A stretch of DNA of 32,000 nt. Origin: Cenarchaeum sp. (lineage in GTDB: Archaea > Thermoproteota > Nitrososphaeria > Nitrososphaerales > Nitrosopumilaceae). This document shows positions 1 to 6,792 of this stretch, in pieces. The translations under genes were made by a program, and so were the position numbers. The DNA lies in NCBI GenBank assembly GCA_963692915.1, contig OY843584.1, positions 661,186 through 693,185 on the forward strand. Direction: 5' to 3'. The notes beneath the pieces were generated by a model. It was given only the letters and a program-made list of their open reading frames with translations. It did not search any database and was not told the origin of the DNA. Position 1 is the first letter of the stretch; each line of letters starts with the position of its first letter.

Positions 1-128
1 AATTTATGCTCAAGAAGGAGCTTGAGGAGCGGAGCCGTGTTTGGATCGGGAATTTGTGGATCACTCAAAATACCCGGCATGTCTTCCGTGGCACGCTCGG
101 ATACTGTACCATATGCAGTGGAAGCCAT
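1..128 (-). CDS. Orphan ~190-aa protein family, copy 1 (N-terminal 42 codons only; gene runs off the left window edge)
   Basis: Minus-strand ATG at 128-126 reads MASTAYGTVSERATEDMPGILSDPQIPDPNTAPLLKLLLEHK. This is collinear with the N-terminus of the 2075..2635 paralog (MVSTAYGTVSERAIADIDSFLNDPFVADPNTAPLLKLLFEHK). DNA 1-128 aligns with about 2493-2620. Confidence 0.55.
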   Translation of the reverse strand, partial: MASTAYGTVSERATEDMPGILSDPQIPDPNTAPLLKLLLEHK

Positions 129-184
129 GCTATGGCACCCCACAGACCCAGTCTGCTCCCCGCGTCACCATGACTCGGCATAAT

Positions 185-287
185 GGCCCAAATGATTTAA
201 CTGTTTTTGGAATTCCACGCGCGGGAATCGGGCATTCCTGCCCATTTTGGCCAAACGGGCGCGATCCCGCCGATCCGTTTACCGCAA
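185..287. repeat. Repeat R, copy A (~100 bp; candidate mobile-element end or promoter module)
   Basis: Sequence: ggcccaaatgatttaactgtttttggaattccacgcgcgggaatcgggcattcctgcccattttggccaaacgggcgcgatcccgccgatccgtttaccgca. It recurs at 1207-1309 and 2677-2742, and in split form at 14944-14989 + 16097-16153. It contains the imperfect inverted repeat ggcccaaatg / cattttggcc. Confidence 0.8.
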
Positions 288-608
288 CGACGCCCGCCGG
301 GGGCGCCGTGGCCAGGCTCCACTGCGCCCTGCCGCGAATGTTCGCGTTCTGCACGTCGGCGTCGAGCCCACGAACGGCACCGCCGAGGGGGCGCTGCGGC
401 ACGGGGCCGTGCGCCGCAAGGCAGGCGGCCAGCGAAAGTGGAGCGCCGCCACGGCCGAGCGCATGCCTACCACCCCGGTATGCCTCTTCACGTGGGGATC
501 CACGGGATAGAGCACGGCCGGGGAGGTCATGCTGGCGATCCGGGTGCTGACCTCATGATGCACGTAACTCCAAATCAGTAAAAAGGCAGATTCGTGCCCA
601 ACTGCGCA

Positions 609-1193
609 TTAGCGCATATAGCCCAACTGGAGTAGCTCGTCATAAACTTGCTCTACCTGTTTTTTTGTGTAGGTTGGTTTTGTGGACGCAACGTATTTGG
701 GCAATTCTGGTCCAACAATCCTATCGCGGAATTCAACATGAATTAGCGTACTTGCAATTTCAAGCCAAGTGAGATCATGCGTATGCGCAAACTGTAAAAA
801 TTCGTCCATGCGAGACCAATAGGCAATATACTGGGAATCCGCCTCAGATATGTCAGGTAAAAGACGATAGTCACTGACAAGTCCCGGGGAATGTGCCCCA
901 TGTCTAAAAAGCACATGATAATAGCTGAATGCCAGATCAAACACATTTTGGGCAAAAAAGACACACAGTTGGATTTTGATGCGGTCGTTTTCTGACGCAT
1001 CTCTGGGGTTTTTGTCACAGTCGATCAATTTGTGCTCAAAAAGGAGCTTGAGGAAAGAGGCTGTGTTGGGATCGGGAATTCGTGGATCATTCAAAATACT
1101 TGGCATGTCCACCGTGGCACGCTCAGACACTGCTCGATATGCCGGAGGAACAACGTAGTACCCACAGTCCCAGTATGCCCTCCACGCCATCAT
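609..1193 (-). CDS. Orphan ~190-aa protein family, copy 2 (start uncertain: ATG-ATG at 1193/1190, or the internal Met of ..VDMPSILNDP..)
   Basis: 194-aa ORF. From ..AVSERAT.. to the C-terminus it is collinear, and at most positions identical by eye, with 2075..2635. A shared stretch is FLQFAHTHDLTWLEIAS.LIH.EFRDRIVGPELPKYVA..KPTYTKKQVEQVYDELLQ. I recognise no family. Confidence 0.7.
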   Translation of the reverse strand: MMAWRAYWDCGYYVVPPAYRAVSERATVDMPSILNDPRIPDPNTASFLKLLFEHKLIDCDKNPRDASENDRIKIQLCVFFAQNVFDLAFSYYHVLFRHGAHSPGLVSDYRLLPDISEADSQYIAYWSRMDEFLQFAHTHDLTWLEIASTLIHVEFRDRIVGPELPKYVASTKPTYTKKQVEQVYDELLQLGYMR

Positions 1194-1206
1194 GTCCCAA
1201 CAGAAT

Positions 1207-1309
1207 TACCCAAATAATTTAACCGTTTTTGGAATTCCACGCACGGGAATCTGGCATTCCTGCCCATTTTGGCCAAATGGGCGTGATCCTGCCGATCCGT
1301 TTACCGCAA
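1207..1309. repeat. Repeat R, copy B
   Basis: Sequence: tacccaaataatttaaccgtttttggaattccacgcacgggaatctggcattcctgcccattttggccaaatgggcgtgatcctgccgatccgtttaccgca. It differs from copy A by only a handful of substitutions after the first 10 nt. Confidence 0.8.
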
Positions 1310-1401
1310 TGGGGGGAATTCCTGCCCATGTGCGCCATAGCGCCACCGGAGAGCTTAATCGTGCAAGGACCGCATCAGGCCAAAGTCCACGGCTCAGGGC
1401 A

Positions 1402-1420
1402 GGCTATATCATATATAGCC
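1402..1420 (+). promoter_or_regulatory. Palindromic TATA-like element upstream of the 2-TM gene
   Basis: ggctatatcatatatagcc is a perfect 8-bp-arm palindrome. Its AT core ends about 21 nt before ATG 1441. Confidence 0.4.
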
Positions 1421-1440
1421 GGGCAGCGTGGAATTCGTGC

Positions 1441-2049
1441 ATGACGTCTGCCTATTGGAAAGCGCACGGCGACCCGCCAATAGTCGTGGGGACTGCGGCG
1501 ACCACGATATACATGCTAGGCATCATACTGGCCATAGCAAGGGTCACCGGAATCGTCCACGACGTCGGATCGTTTGGCGCCGTCATTGGGACCATGGCGT
1601 TGGGGTTTATGGTCTACATATTTGTGAATAACACAACGCGCGACAACAAGGCCGAGCGGGGCAAAGAGTATGAATTGAGGGAGGCTGACAGTGAAAACAT
1701 CAGTCGATTAACACACATAATCGAGAAGTGTGCGATAACGCTGCGAAAATTAAATCAACATAAAGAAACATCCAAGGAAAGACCAGACATGGCAATACAA
1801 CGCCTGCTAGGACTGATAGACAATATTTCAACGAATTATGAGAAGTATTTGAGTCTAGACGGCCAGAAACTAGTCGGAATTATTAGGGACACAGTTGATG
1901 AGATGATGTTTAACGATCAAGAAGGAAAGATACACATGGATGACGCGATTAAAAATATCGTACAATTAAAACAACACGTAATGGATGTAGATGATCAAGA
2001 GCTTAAAAGAAACAGAGAGTCAACCATGCATGGAGTGCCAAATCAGTGA
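1441..2049 (+). CDS. Hypothetical membrane protein: two N-terminal TM helices plus a charged, helical (coiled-coil-like) C-terminal domain
   Basis: This is the in-frame ATG at 1441 of ORF 1192..2049; the upstream part of that ORF merely reads across repeat R. Hydrophobic stretches are IVVGTAATTIYMLGIILAIARVTGIV and FGAVIGTMALGFMVYIFV. A K/E/D/Q-rich domain follows. Low GC (24/60 on line 1861-1920). No family recognised. Confidence 0.65.
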   Translation: MTSAYWKAHGDPPIVVGTAATTIYMLGIILAIARVTGIVHDVGSFGAVIGTMALGFMVYIFVNNTTRDNKAERGKEYELREADSENISRLTHIIEKCAITLRKLNQHKETSKERPDMAIQRLLGLIDNISTNYEKYLSLDGQKLVGIIRDTVDEMMFNDQEGKIHMDDAIKNIVQLKQHVMDVDDQELKRNRESTMHGVPNQ

Positions 2050-2074
2050 AGGCAGATTCGTGCCCAACTGCGCA

Positions 2075-2635
2075 TTAGCGCATATGGCCCGACTGGAGCA
2101 GCTCGTCATAAACTTGCTCTACCTGTTTTTTTGTGTAGGTTGGTTTTAAGGTCGCAACATATTTGGGCAATTCTGGTCCAACAATCCTATCGCGAAATTC
2201 AATATGAATTAGCCTACTTGCAATTTCAAGCCAAGTGAGATCATGCGTATGCGCAAACTGTAAAAATTCGTCCTTGCGAGGCCAATAGTCAATCTCCCGG
2301 GAATCCGCCTCAGATATGTCAGGCAAGAGATAGTAATCACGTGCAAGTTGCGGGGAATGTGGCCCATGTTCAAAAAGCCCATGGCGATAGGTAAATTCCA
2401 GACCAAACACATTTTGGGCAAAATAGACATACAGTTGGATTTTGATGCGTTCGTGTTCTGACGCATCTCTGGGGTTTTTGTCACAGTCGATCAATTTGTG
2501 CTCAAAAAGGAGCTTGAGGAGCGGAGCCGTGTTGGGATCGGCAACGAACGGATCGTTCAAAAAAGAGTCTATGTCCGCTATTGCACGCTCAGATACTGTA
2601 CCATATGCCGTGGAAACCATGCTATGGCACCCCAC
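2075..2635 (-). CDS. Orphan ~190-aa protein family, copy 3 (ORF-track start 2635 is GTG; the in-frame ATG at 2620 matches the copy-1 start)
   Basis: 186-aa ORF, paralogous to 609..1193 and 1..128. Same 3' flank and same upstream repeat R. Confidence 0.7.
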   Translation of the reverse strand: MGCHSMVSTAYGTVSERAIADIDSFLNDPFVADPNTAPLLKLLFEHKLIDCDKNPRDASEHERIKIQLYVYFAQNVFGLEFTYRHGLFEHGPHSPQLARDYYLLPDISEADSREIDYWPRKDEFLQFAHTHDLTWLEIASRLIHIEFRDRIVGPELPKYVATLKPTYTKKQVEQVYDELLQSGHMR

Positions 2636-2676
2636 AGACCCAGTCTGCTCGCCGTGTCACCATGACTCGGCAGAGT

Positions 2677-2742
2677 GGCCCAAATGATTTAACTGTTTTT
2701 AGAATTCCACGCGTGAGAATCGGGCATTCCTGCCCATTTTGA
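2677..2742. repeat. Repeat R, copy C (left two-thirds well conserved; the right part decays to weak similarity up to ~2795)
   Basis: ggcccaaatgatttaactgtttttagaattccacgcgtgagaatcgggcattcctgcccattttga aligns with copy A 185-250. Further right only gatcc and acgcccgcc islands remain. Confidence 0.7.
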
Positions 2743-2943
2743 CCAGGCAGCAGATCCTCGTGCGCCTGCCCCCTAGCCCACAGACACGCCCGCCACGCCC
2801 CCGCCAATGCGCGACGTGGCCGCAGGCAGGATCATGGGATGCCCGAGGCGACCGCACGGCTCACCCTGGCGGCCCCACGCCATGCCAGGATCACGCGAGT
2901 CGCGCCGCAAGCAAGATATGTGCCGGTGCGGCGCAGTCATGCG

Positions 2944-3189
2944 ATGAGCGCAAACACGATCAAAAAGGCCAAGAGGCTCGTAGAGTCTGGCGGCGTGGCC
3001 AAGATCGAGGACGACATCTACCAGGTCAGGTCATCAAGTGACGCCTCAAAGTCGTACATTGTTGACGGCGAGTCGTGTGACTGTCCCGGATACGCCAACT
3101 TTTACAAGTTTCACGGCGGCAAGGGGATAAAGGCAAACTGCTCGCACCTAGAGGCAGTCAGGCTGTTCCGAGGCGACGAGGAAGCTTAG
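2944..3189 (+). CDS. Small SWIM-type zinc-finger protein (81 aa)
   Basis: CDCPGYANFYKFHGGKGIKANCSHLEAV fits the SWIM CxCx(n)CxH signature. Start taken at the in-frame ATG 2944 (MSANTIKKAKRLVESGG..). The upstream part of ORF 2839..3189 is Arg/Pro/Ala-rich GC-rich read-through. Confidence 0.7.
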   Translation: MSANTIKKAKRLVESGGVAKIEDDIYQVRSSSDASKSYIVDGESCDCPGYANFYKFHGGKGIKANCSHLEAVRLFRGDEEA

Positions 3190-4037
3190 GCGCCGGCGCG
3201 CATGCCGTCGCTGGCCATCCTGTACGCGATGTTCTTTACCATCACGTTGAGCGACTTCATGAGGTCGCTGCCCTCCTCATAGTTGCCCGTGTATGGCCCC
3301 ACTGTCGTGCGTCGCGCAAGTGCCAGCGCATGGCCGGCCCGAAACGTCGGGTCGCCGGCTATGCCTATGCACTGCCCACCGTTGTTCTGCACGGCAGAAA
3401 AGCATGGCACGTCATTCTTGCTGTCGCCAACATAGATCATGTTGCCAAACGGTATACGGCGACTTGCGTCATCCTTGAACGAGTTGACGAGGTATGGGTT
3501 TTTGCGCAGCTTTGCCCCGCCGATGCCCTTGTTTATCGCATGCAGGAACTTTGTCTTTTCGGTGAACGTGACGGCCGATTTTATGGCGTGTATCTTGCCA
3601 TTCTCATCCTCGGCAAACGTGCCGCCAAACACGTCATTGAACGTGTCAGCAAACGGCGCGCCCCGTATGATCTCCTCAAATCCCGACGATATTATGTAAA
3701 ACTCTACGCCTATTCCGGCATCGGCAATGTCAGGGTCAGAGTCGACCATTGCGCGAACTCGCGACACGAGATCCATGACACCTGGATTGGGCGATATCCT
3801 GCCGCCGAGCCCTCGCAGCAGGGCGTTGGTGTCCTGCGCTATGTCCCCTGTGCGAATCTTGTCGAGTATCATCGTCATCCACGCTATTGGCGGATCCCAC
3901 CCGTCGGCCACGAGCGACTTGTGCGCGTCCCAGAATGCGCGCGTGTCAACGCCGTTGCTCTCGAGCAAAAAGTTAGTCGTGTCTGGCGCGAGCGTGTCAT
4001 CACAGTCACACACCACGGCTATCGTGCTCTGGGCCAT
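3186..4037 (-). CDS. HAD-superfamily hydrolase / phosphatase-like protein
   Basis: HAD motif I is VVCDCDDTL (DxDxT). Motif IV is YVGDSKNDVP (GDxxND). Start taken at ATG 4037 (MAQSTIAVV..), which lies about 22 nt downstream of a TATA-like gttttaatat (4060-4069, minus strand). Confidence 0.75.
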   Translation of the reverse strand: MAQSTIAVVCDCDDTLAPDTTNFLLESNGVDTRAFWDAHKSLVADGWDPPIAWMTMILDKIRTGDIAQDTNALLRGLGGRISPNPGVMDLVSRVRAMVDSDPDIADAGIGVEFYIISSGFEEIIRGAPFADTFNDVFGGTFAEDENGKIHAIKSAVTFTEKTKFLHAINKGIGGAKLRKNPYLVNSFKDDASRRIPFGNMIYVGDSKNDVPCFSAVQNNGGQCIGIAGDPTFRAGHALALARRTTVGPYTGNYEEGSDLMKSLNVMVKNIAYRMASDGMRAGA

Positions 4038-4059
4038 GCGCAGCGGTCCGTGACGGCGC

Positions 4060-4069
4060 ATATTAAAAC
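4060..4069 (-). promoter_or_regulatory. TATA-like box for the HAD gene
   Basis: Minus-strand gttttaatat lies about 22 nt upstream of ATG 4037. Confidence 0.4.
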
Positions 4070-4135
4070 GGATTCGGCGCGCGTGCGGCAGCGGCGCCCA
4101 AAGGTACATAATCCCAAAGCCGGCCCGCGCGTCCC

Positions 4136-4297
4136 ATGGTCATGCCGCTTGTCCACGAGAGCCGCCCAAAGTGCCACGTGTGCTGCGAGTCCTTTGAGGA
4201 CATTGACGCGCTAAGGGAGCACAAAAGGGCAGCCCATGAGGACGCAGAGGGCCGCCGCGAGATGGGGCCGGCCCCAGGGGATGTCAGCGTGTTCTAG
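4136..4297 (+). CDS. Candidate 53-aa C2H2-type zinc-finger mini-protein (below the ORF-track length cut-off)
   Basis: Hand translation: MVMPLVHESRPKCHVCCESFEDIDALREHKRAAHEDAEGRREMGPAPGDVSVF*. CxxC-x12-HxxxxH matches a C2H2 finger. It sits in the gap between the HAD and J-domain genes. Confidence 0.45.
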   Translation: MVMPLVHESRPKCHVCCESFEDIDALREHKRAAHEDAEGRREMGPAPGDVSVF

Positions 4298-4808
4298 GGC
4301 GCCGTGGATCGCCGCATGCGCGGCGGCCATGGCCACACACGCGCCGGCTGCCCATGCGCAGCAGGGCACGGCAACAGTCAGCAACGAGACGCTTGCAGTC
4401 CTCGTCGCCTCGATCGTCGCAGTGGTCGCCCTGGCCCTGTACGTCTCGCGCGCCGCCATCATGCGCAAAAAGACCGACTATGACGGCGCAGACTATGCCT
4501 CAAAGTCAGACCGAACGGGCGAAAAGTACAGCTCGGGATGGCATGATGACTATGAGCGGCCCGAGGCCGAGTCCGCAGCCAATGATGACCACTATGCGAC
4601 GCTGGGCATTGGCAAAAAGGCCACGGCGCGCGACATAAAGGAGCGCTATAGGGAGCTCGCAAAGAGGCACCATCCGGACAGGGACGGCGGGAATGCCGCC
4701 GAGCTCGTGCGCATAAACAGGGCATACGGCGTGCTCTCGGATCCCGAATCGCGCCGCGAGTACGACAGGTCGCTAGGGCAGGGCACGCTCGGCTCGAATG
4801 ACCCTTAG
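4281..4808 (+). CDS. Membrane-anchored / secreted J-domain (DnaJ-like) protein
   Basis: C-terminal J domain: DHYATLGIGKKATARDIKERYRELAKRHHPDRDGGNAAELVRINRAYGVLSDPESRREYD, with HPD. N-terminal signal-like MSACSRAPWIAACAAAMATHAPAAHA, then TM LAVLVASIVAVVALALYV. The start is uncertain (4236, 4281 or 4329 are all in frame). Confidence 0.75.
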   Translation: MSACSRAPWIAACAAAMATHAPAAHAQQGTATVSNETLAVLVASIVAVVALALYVSRAAIMRKKTDYDGADYASKSDRTGEKYSSGWHDDYERPEAESAANDDHYATLGIGKKATARDIKERYRELAKRHHPDRDGGNAAELVRINRAYGVLSDPESRREYDRSLGQGTLGSNDP

Positions 4809-5114
4809 CGAGAGCACGACGGTGCCGGACTGCTGCGAATAGCCCGTCAGGTTTGCGTGCATTCGCATCGGCTCATCGCCAAAGGAGCGAACCTCGATCT
4901 CGGCGAACTCGGTGCTCGGGCCGAGCATCGCGCCTGTCAGCATAGGGAGCATGGACGCATCGCGCATGCTCGCCCTGATCGTCGGCCATGGGCCTTCCGG
5001 ACCGGCCTCTAGTGCCGCCGTGGCCACGCCGTGTGCGGTGCCGCCGAGGATCACCTCGTATCGAGAGCCCTCATGCGCGCGCTCTATCTCGCCGGGAAGC
5101 ACGCCTGTGTCCAT
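4773..5114 (-). CDS. Hypothetical protein (113 aa)
   Basis: It fills the gap between the J-domain gene and the HD gene. TTTAAA (5142-5147) lies 28 nt upstream of ATG 5114, which fits a leaderless transcript. No recognisable domain. The 3' end overlaps the J-domain gene by 36 nt. Confidence 0.4.
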   Translation of the reverse strand: MDTGVLPGEIERAHEGSRYEVILGGTAHGVATAALEAGPEGPWPTIRASMRDASMLPMLTGAMLGPSTEFAEIEVRSFGDEPMRMHANLTGYSQQSGTVVLSLRVIRAERALP

Positions 5115-5141
5115 TGCAGGGCGCGTGCGCGCAAATACAGA

Positions 5142-5147
5142 TTTAAA
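5142..5147. promoter_or_regulatory. Palindromic TTTAAA TATA-like box, possibly bidirectional
   Basis: It lies 28 nt upstream of minus-strand ATG 5114 and about 85 nt upstream of plus-strand ATG 5232. Confidence 0.4.
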
Positions 5148-5231
5148 GAATGCGCAGGCGCGCGCACCCTGTTGCGGGAGTCAGGCGACACTCATGGGCT
5201 AAAGTCACGCATACTCGAGGCCGCCGAGGGC

Positions 5232-6488
5232 ATGGGCATAGGCGAGGACGTGTATACCGAGATGCTAGACTATACGATAGAGCTCTTTGAGTCACAGGGC
5301 CTTGGAACCGACTATTACGGGTACCACAACATCACCCACGAGCTCGAAGTCACGTACGCGACGCTCATAGCGATGCGCGGGCACGGCGGCGGGGGCGAGT
5401 TTGGCCACACGGACGCTAGGCACATGTATGCGGCCGCGCTGTTTCACGACTTTGAGCCGCAAAAGGACGCCGACAAGCCCCACGAGGAGGCCGTCCTCCG
5501 CTTTATCGACGCGGACAGAAAGGTTAGCGACCTTGTGGACAGGGCAGGCCTTGACCTAGACTACATACGCGCGCTCATACTGCGCACGACGTACCCCTTT
5601 GAGGGCAAGAACCGCGAGCATGCCGGGCGCGAGATTGGCGCGTGCCATGACCGCATGGGCCTTGATGCCCAAGGGCGCGCGCGCAACCTGTGGAGGGGCT
5701 GGTTTCTCTCCGTCCTTGACCGCGTGTGCGGGTATGCGCTCGGCCCGTTCCCAAAGGCCATGGAGATGGCAAAGATGAACGCGCATGCACTTAGGTGGCA
5801 TCCAAGCCTCATCGTGCGCCGGTCAGTGTCGTACTTTGAGCGCCTCCTCAATGACGAGACGGACATGACGCGCATCGTGCTCGGCGCGCTGCCGCGCGAG
5901 ATGCGCAAGTGCTTTATGGACAACGTTCTTGAGTTCCTCAACTTGCGCCAGCACGAGATACGCATAGAGTCTGACTATATCTACGAGAACGTGAGGCTGC
6001 ACCCGTTCATAGAGAGCCACAAGGCGCGCACGGATCCAGAATTTGCGCGCAAGCTCCTGGCCATATATGACGAGCTCCCAAATCCCCTCCAGGTTGCGCG
6101 CCACACGTTTGCCGAGACGCTGTGCGATCCCGAGTTTGTGGTCAACACGCTGCGCCTGGGTGACGGGAACGGGGAGATCGTCGGCTTTGCCAAGGGTGGC
6201 CCACTTGAAAAGTACCAGCTCCGGCCGGAGATCCGTGACGAGTTTCGCGGCAGCGGCAACACGGTCTTTTTGGAGCCGATCGCCCTAAAGATGGGATACT
6301 GGGGCATGGGGGGCGGCAGCGGCATGAGGAGCATGTTTGCGATGCAGGCCCACACGCGAAATTTCCGCTACATGACCAGCTTTGCGCTCCGCGAGGTCGT
6401 CCAGGCTCGAATAGACAGTGGTGAGAGGATCGAGTTTGTCACAAGGTTTGACCCCGAGAGGTGGGACTATTACCGTATGGAGATATGA
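5232..6488 (+). CDS. HD-domain phosphohydrolase-like N-terminus fused to a GNAT-like (acetyltransferase-fold) C-terminus
   Basis: H..HD pattern: YHNITHELEV ... AAALFHDFEP. The C-terminal IVGFAKGG...VFLEPIALKMGYWGMGGGSGMRSMF resembles the GNAT motif-A glycine loop. Start taken at the first ATG (5232); the ORF-track start 5031 overlaps the minus-strand gene and the promoter region. Confidence 0.55.
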   Translation: MGIGEDVYTEMLDYTIELFESQGLGTDYYGYHNITHELEVTYATLIAMRGHGGGGEFGHTDARHMYAAALFHDFEPQKDADKPHEEAVLRFIDADRKVSDLVDRAGLDLDYIRALILRTTYPFEGKNREHAGREIGACHDRMGLDAQGRARNLWRGWFLSVLDRVCGYALGPFPKAMEMAKMNAHALRWHPSLIVRRSVSYFERLLNDETDMTRIVLGALPREMRKCFMDNVLEFLNLRQHEIRIESDYIYENVRLHPFIESHKARTDPEFARKLLAIYDELPNPLQVARHTFAETLCDPEFVVNTLRLGDGNGEIVGFAKGGPLEKYQLRPEIRDEFRGSGNTVFLEPIALKMGYWGMGGGSGMRSMFAMQAHTRNFRYMTSFALREVVQARIDSGERIEFVTRFDPERWDYYRMEI

Positions 6489-6568
6489 TCGCAGCGTAAT
6501 GCGATTTGCCAATGTGTGAACAATTTTTAACTGTATCTTGATAATATCATGGAAGTGGTCGTATTGGC

Positions 6569-6712
6569 ATGACGACGGGGTACTGCGTAAAGTGCAGAAC
6601 CAAGCGGGAGATCAAGGGCGCAAAGCCTACGGTCATGAAGAATGGCAAGCCCGCTGTCAGCGGCACGTGCTCAACGTGCAGCACCCGGATGTTCAAGATC
6701 GGCAAGCTCTGA
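6569..6712 (+). CDS. 47-aa four-cysteine zinc-ribbon protein (resembles DUF5679-type mini-proteins, from memory)
   Basis: Hand translation: MTTGYCVKCRTKREIKGAKPTVMKNGKPAVSGTCSTCSTRMFKIGKL*. CxxC-x23-CxxC. AT-rich promoter-like sequence at 6521-6550 (caatttttaactgtatcttgataatatc). Oligo-T run just downstream. Confidence 0.65.
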   Translation: MTTGYCVKCRTKREIKGAKPTVMKNGKPAVSGTCSTCSTRMFKIGKL

Positions 6713-6726
6713 ACATCCGAGTTCTC

Positions 6727-6732
6727 TTTTTT
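6727..6732 (+). terminator. Oligo-T tract (archaeal-type terminator candidate)
   Basis: A tttttt run starts 15 nt after the TGA at 6710-6712. Confidence 0.3.
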
Positions 6733-6792
6733 GAAATGCGCACGGTTCACTGACAGTCAAGCTAAAAAATGAACTAGTTGTGCTATTCGACC

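Noticed and set aside
41-581. ORFs 41..550, 207..581, 247..510 (+) and 130..402, 279..563 (-) covering repeat R copy A and the GC-rich spacer.
   Set aside because: They read straight across the non-coding repeat R and a GC-rich spacer. Their sequences are Arg/Pro/Ala-rich, mutually overlapping and not conserved in the other cassette copies.
1192-1440. N-terminal 83 codons of ORF 1192..2049, and the idea that repeat R is protein-coding in the plus frame (..LTVFGIPRxGIxHSCPFWPNGRDPADPFTA..).
   Set aside because: Four of six A-vs-B substitutions fall on third positions, which by a rough binomial estimate is not significant. Copy C has an in-frame TGA and copy D has a 2-nt indel that breaks the frame. 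A TATA-like palindrome sits just before ATG 1441.
3330-4214. Long antisense ORFs opposite well-supported genes. They are 3330..4214 vs HAD, 9499..10113 vs SNF2, 14969..15910 and 15396..16106 vs the transposase, and 18904..19764 and 19292..19879 vs proS. Also 21163..21924 vs ppdK, 27005..27658 vs thrS, and 29153..30523 and 29469..30194 vs leuS.
   Set aside because: Their translations are Arg/Ala/Pro/Gly-rich and low in complexity, with no motifs. Each lies opposite a gene with clear family signatures. These are shadow ORFs, as expected in GC-rich DNA.
6538-6753. ORFs 6538..6753 (+) and 6547..6750 (-).
   Set aside because: Neither has protein-like features. The third frame contains a compact, recognisable 47-aa zinc ribbon with promoter-like and terminator-like flanks.
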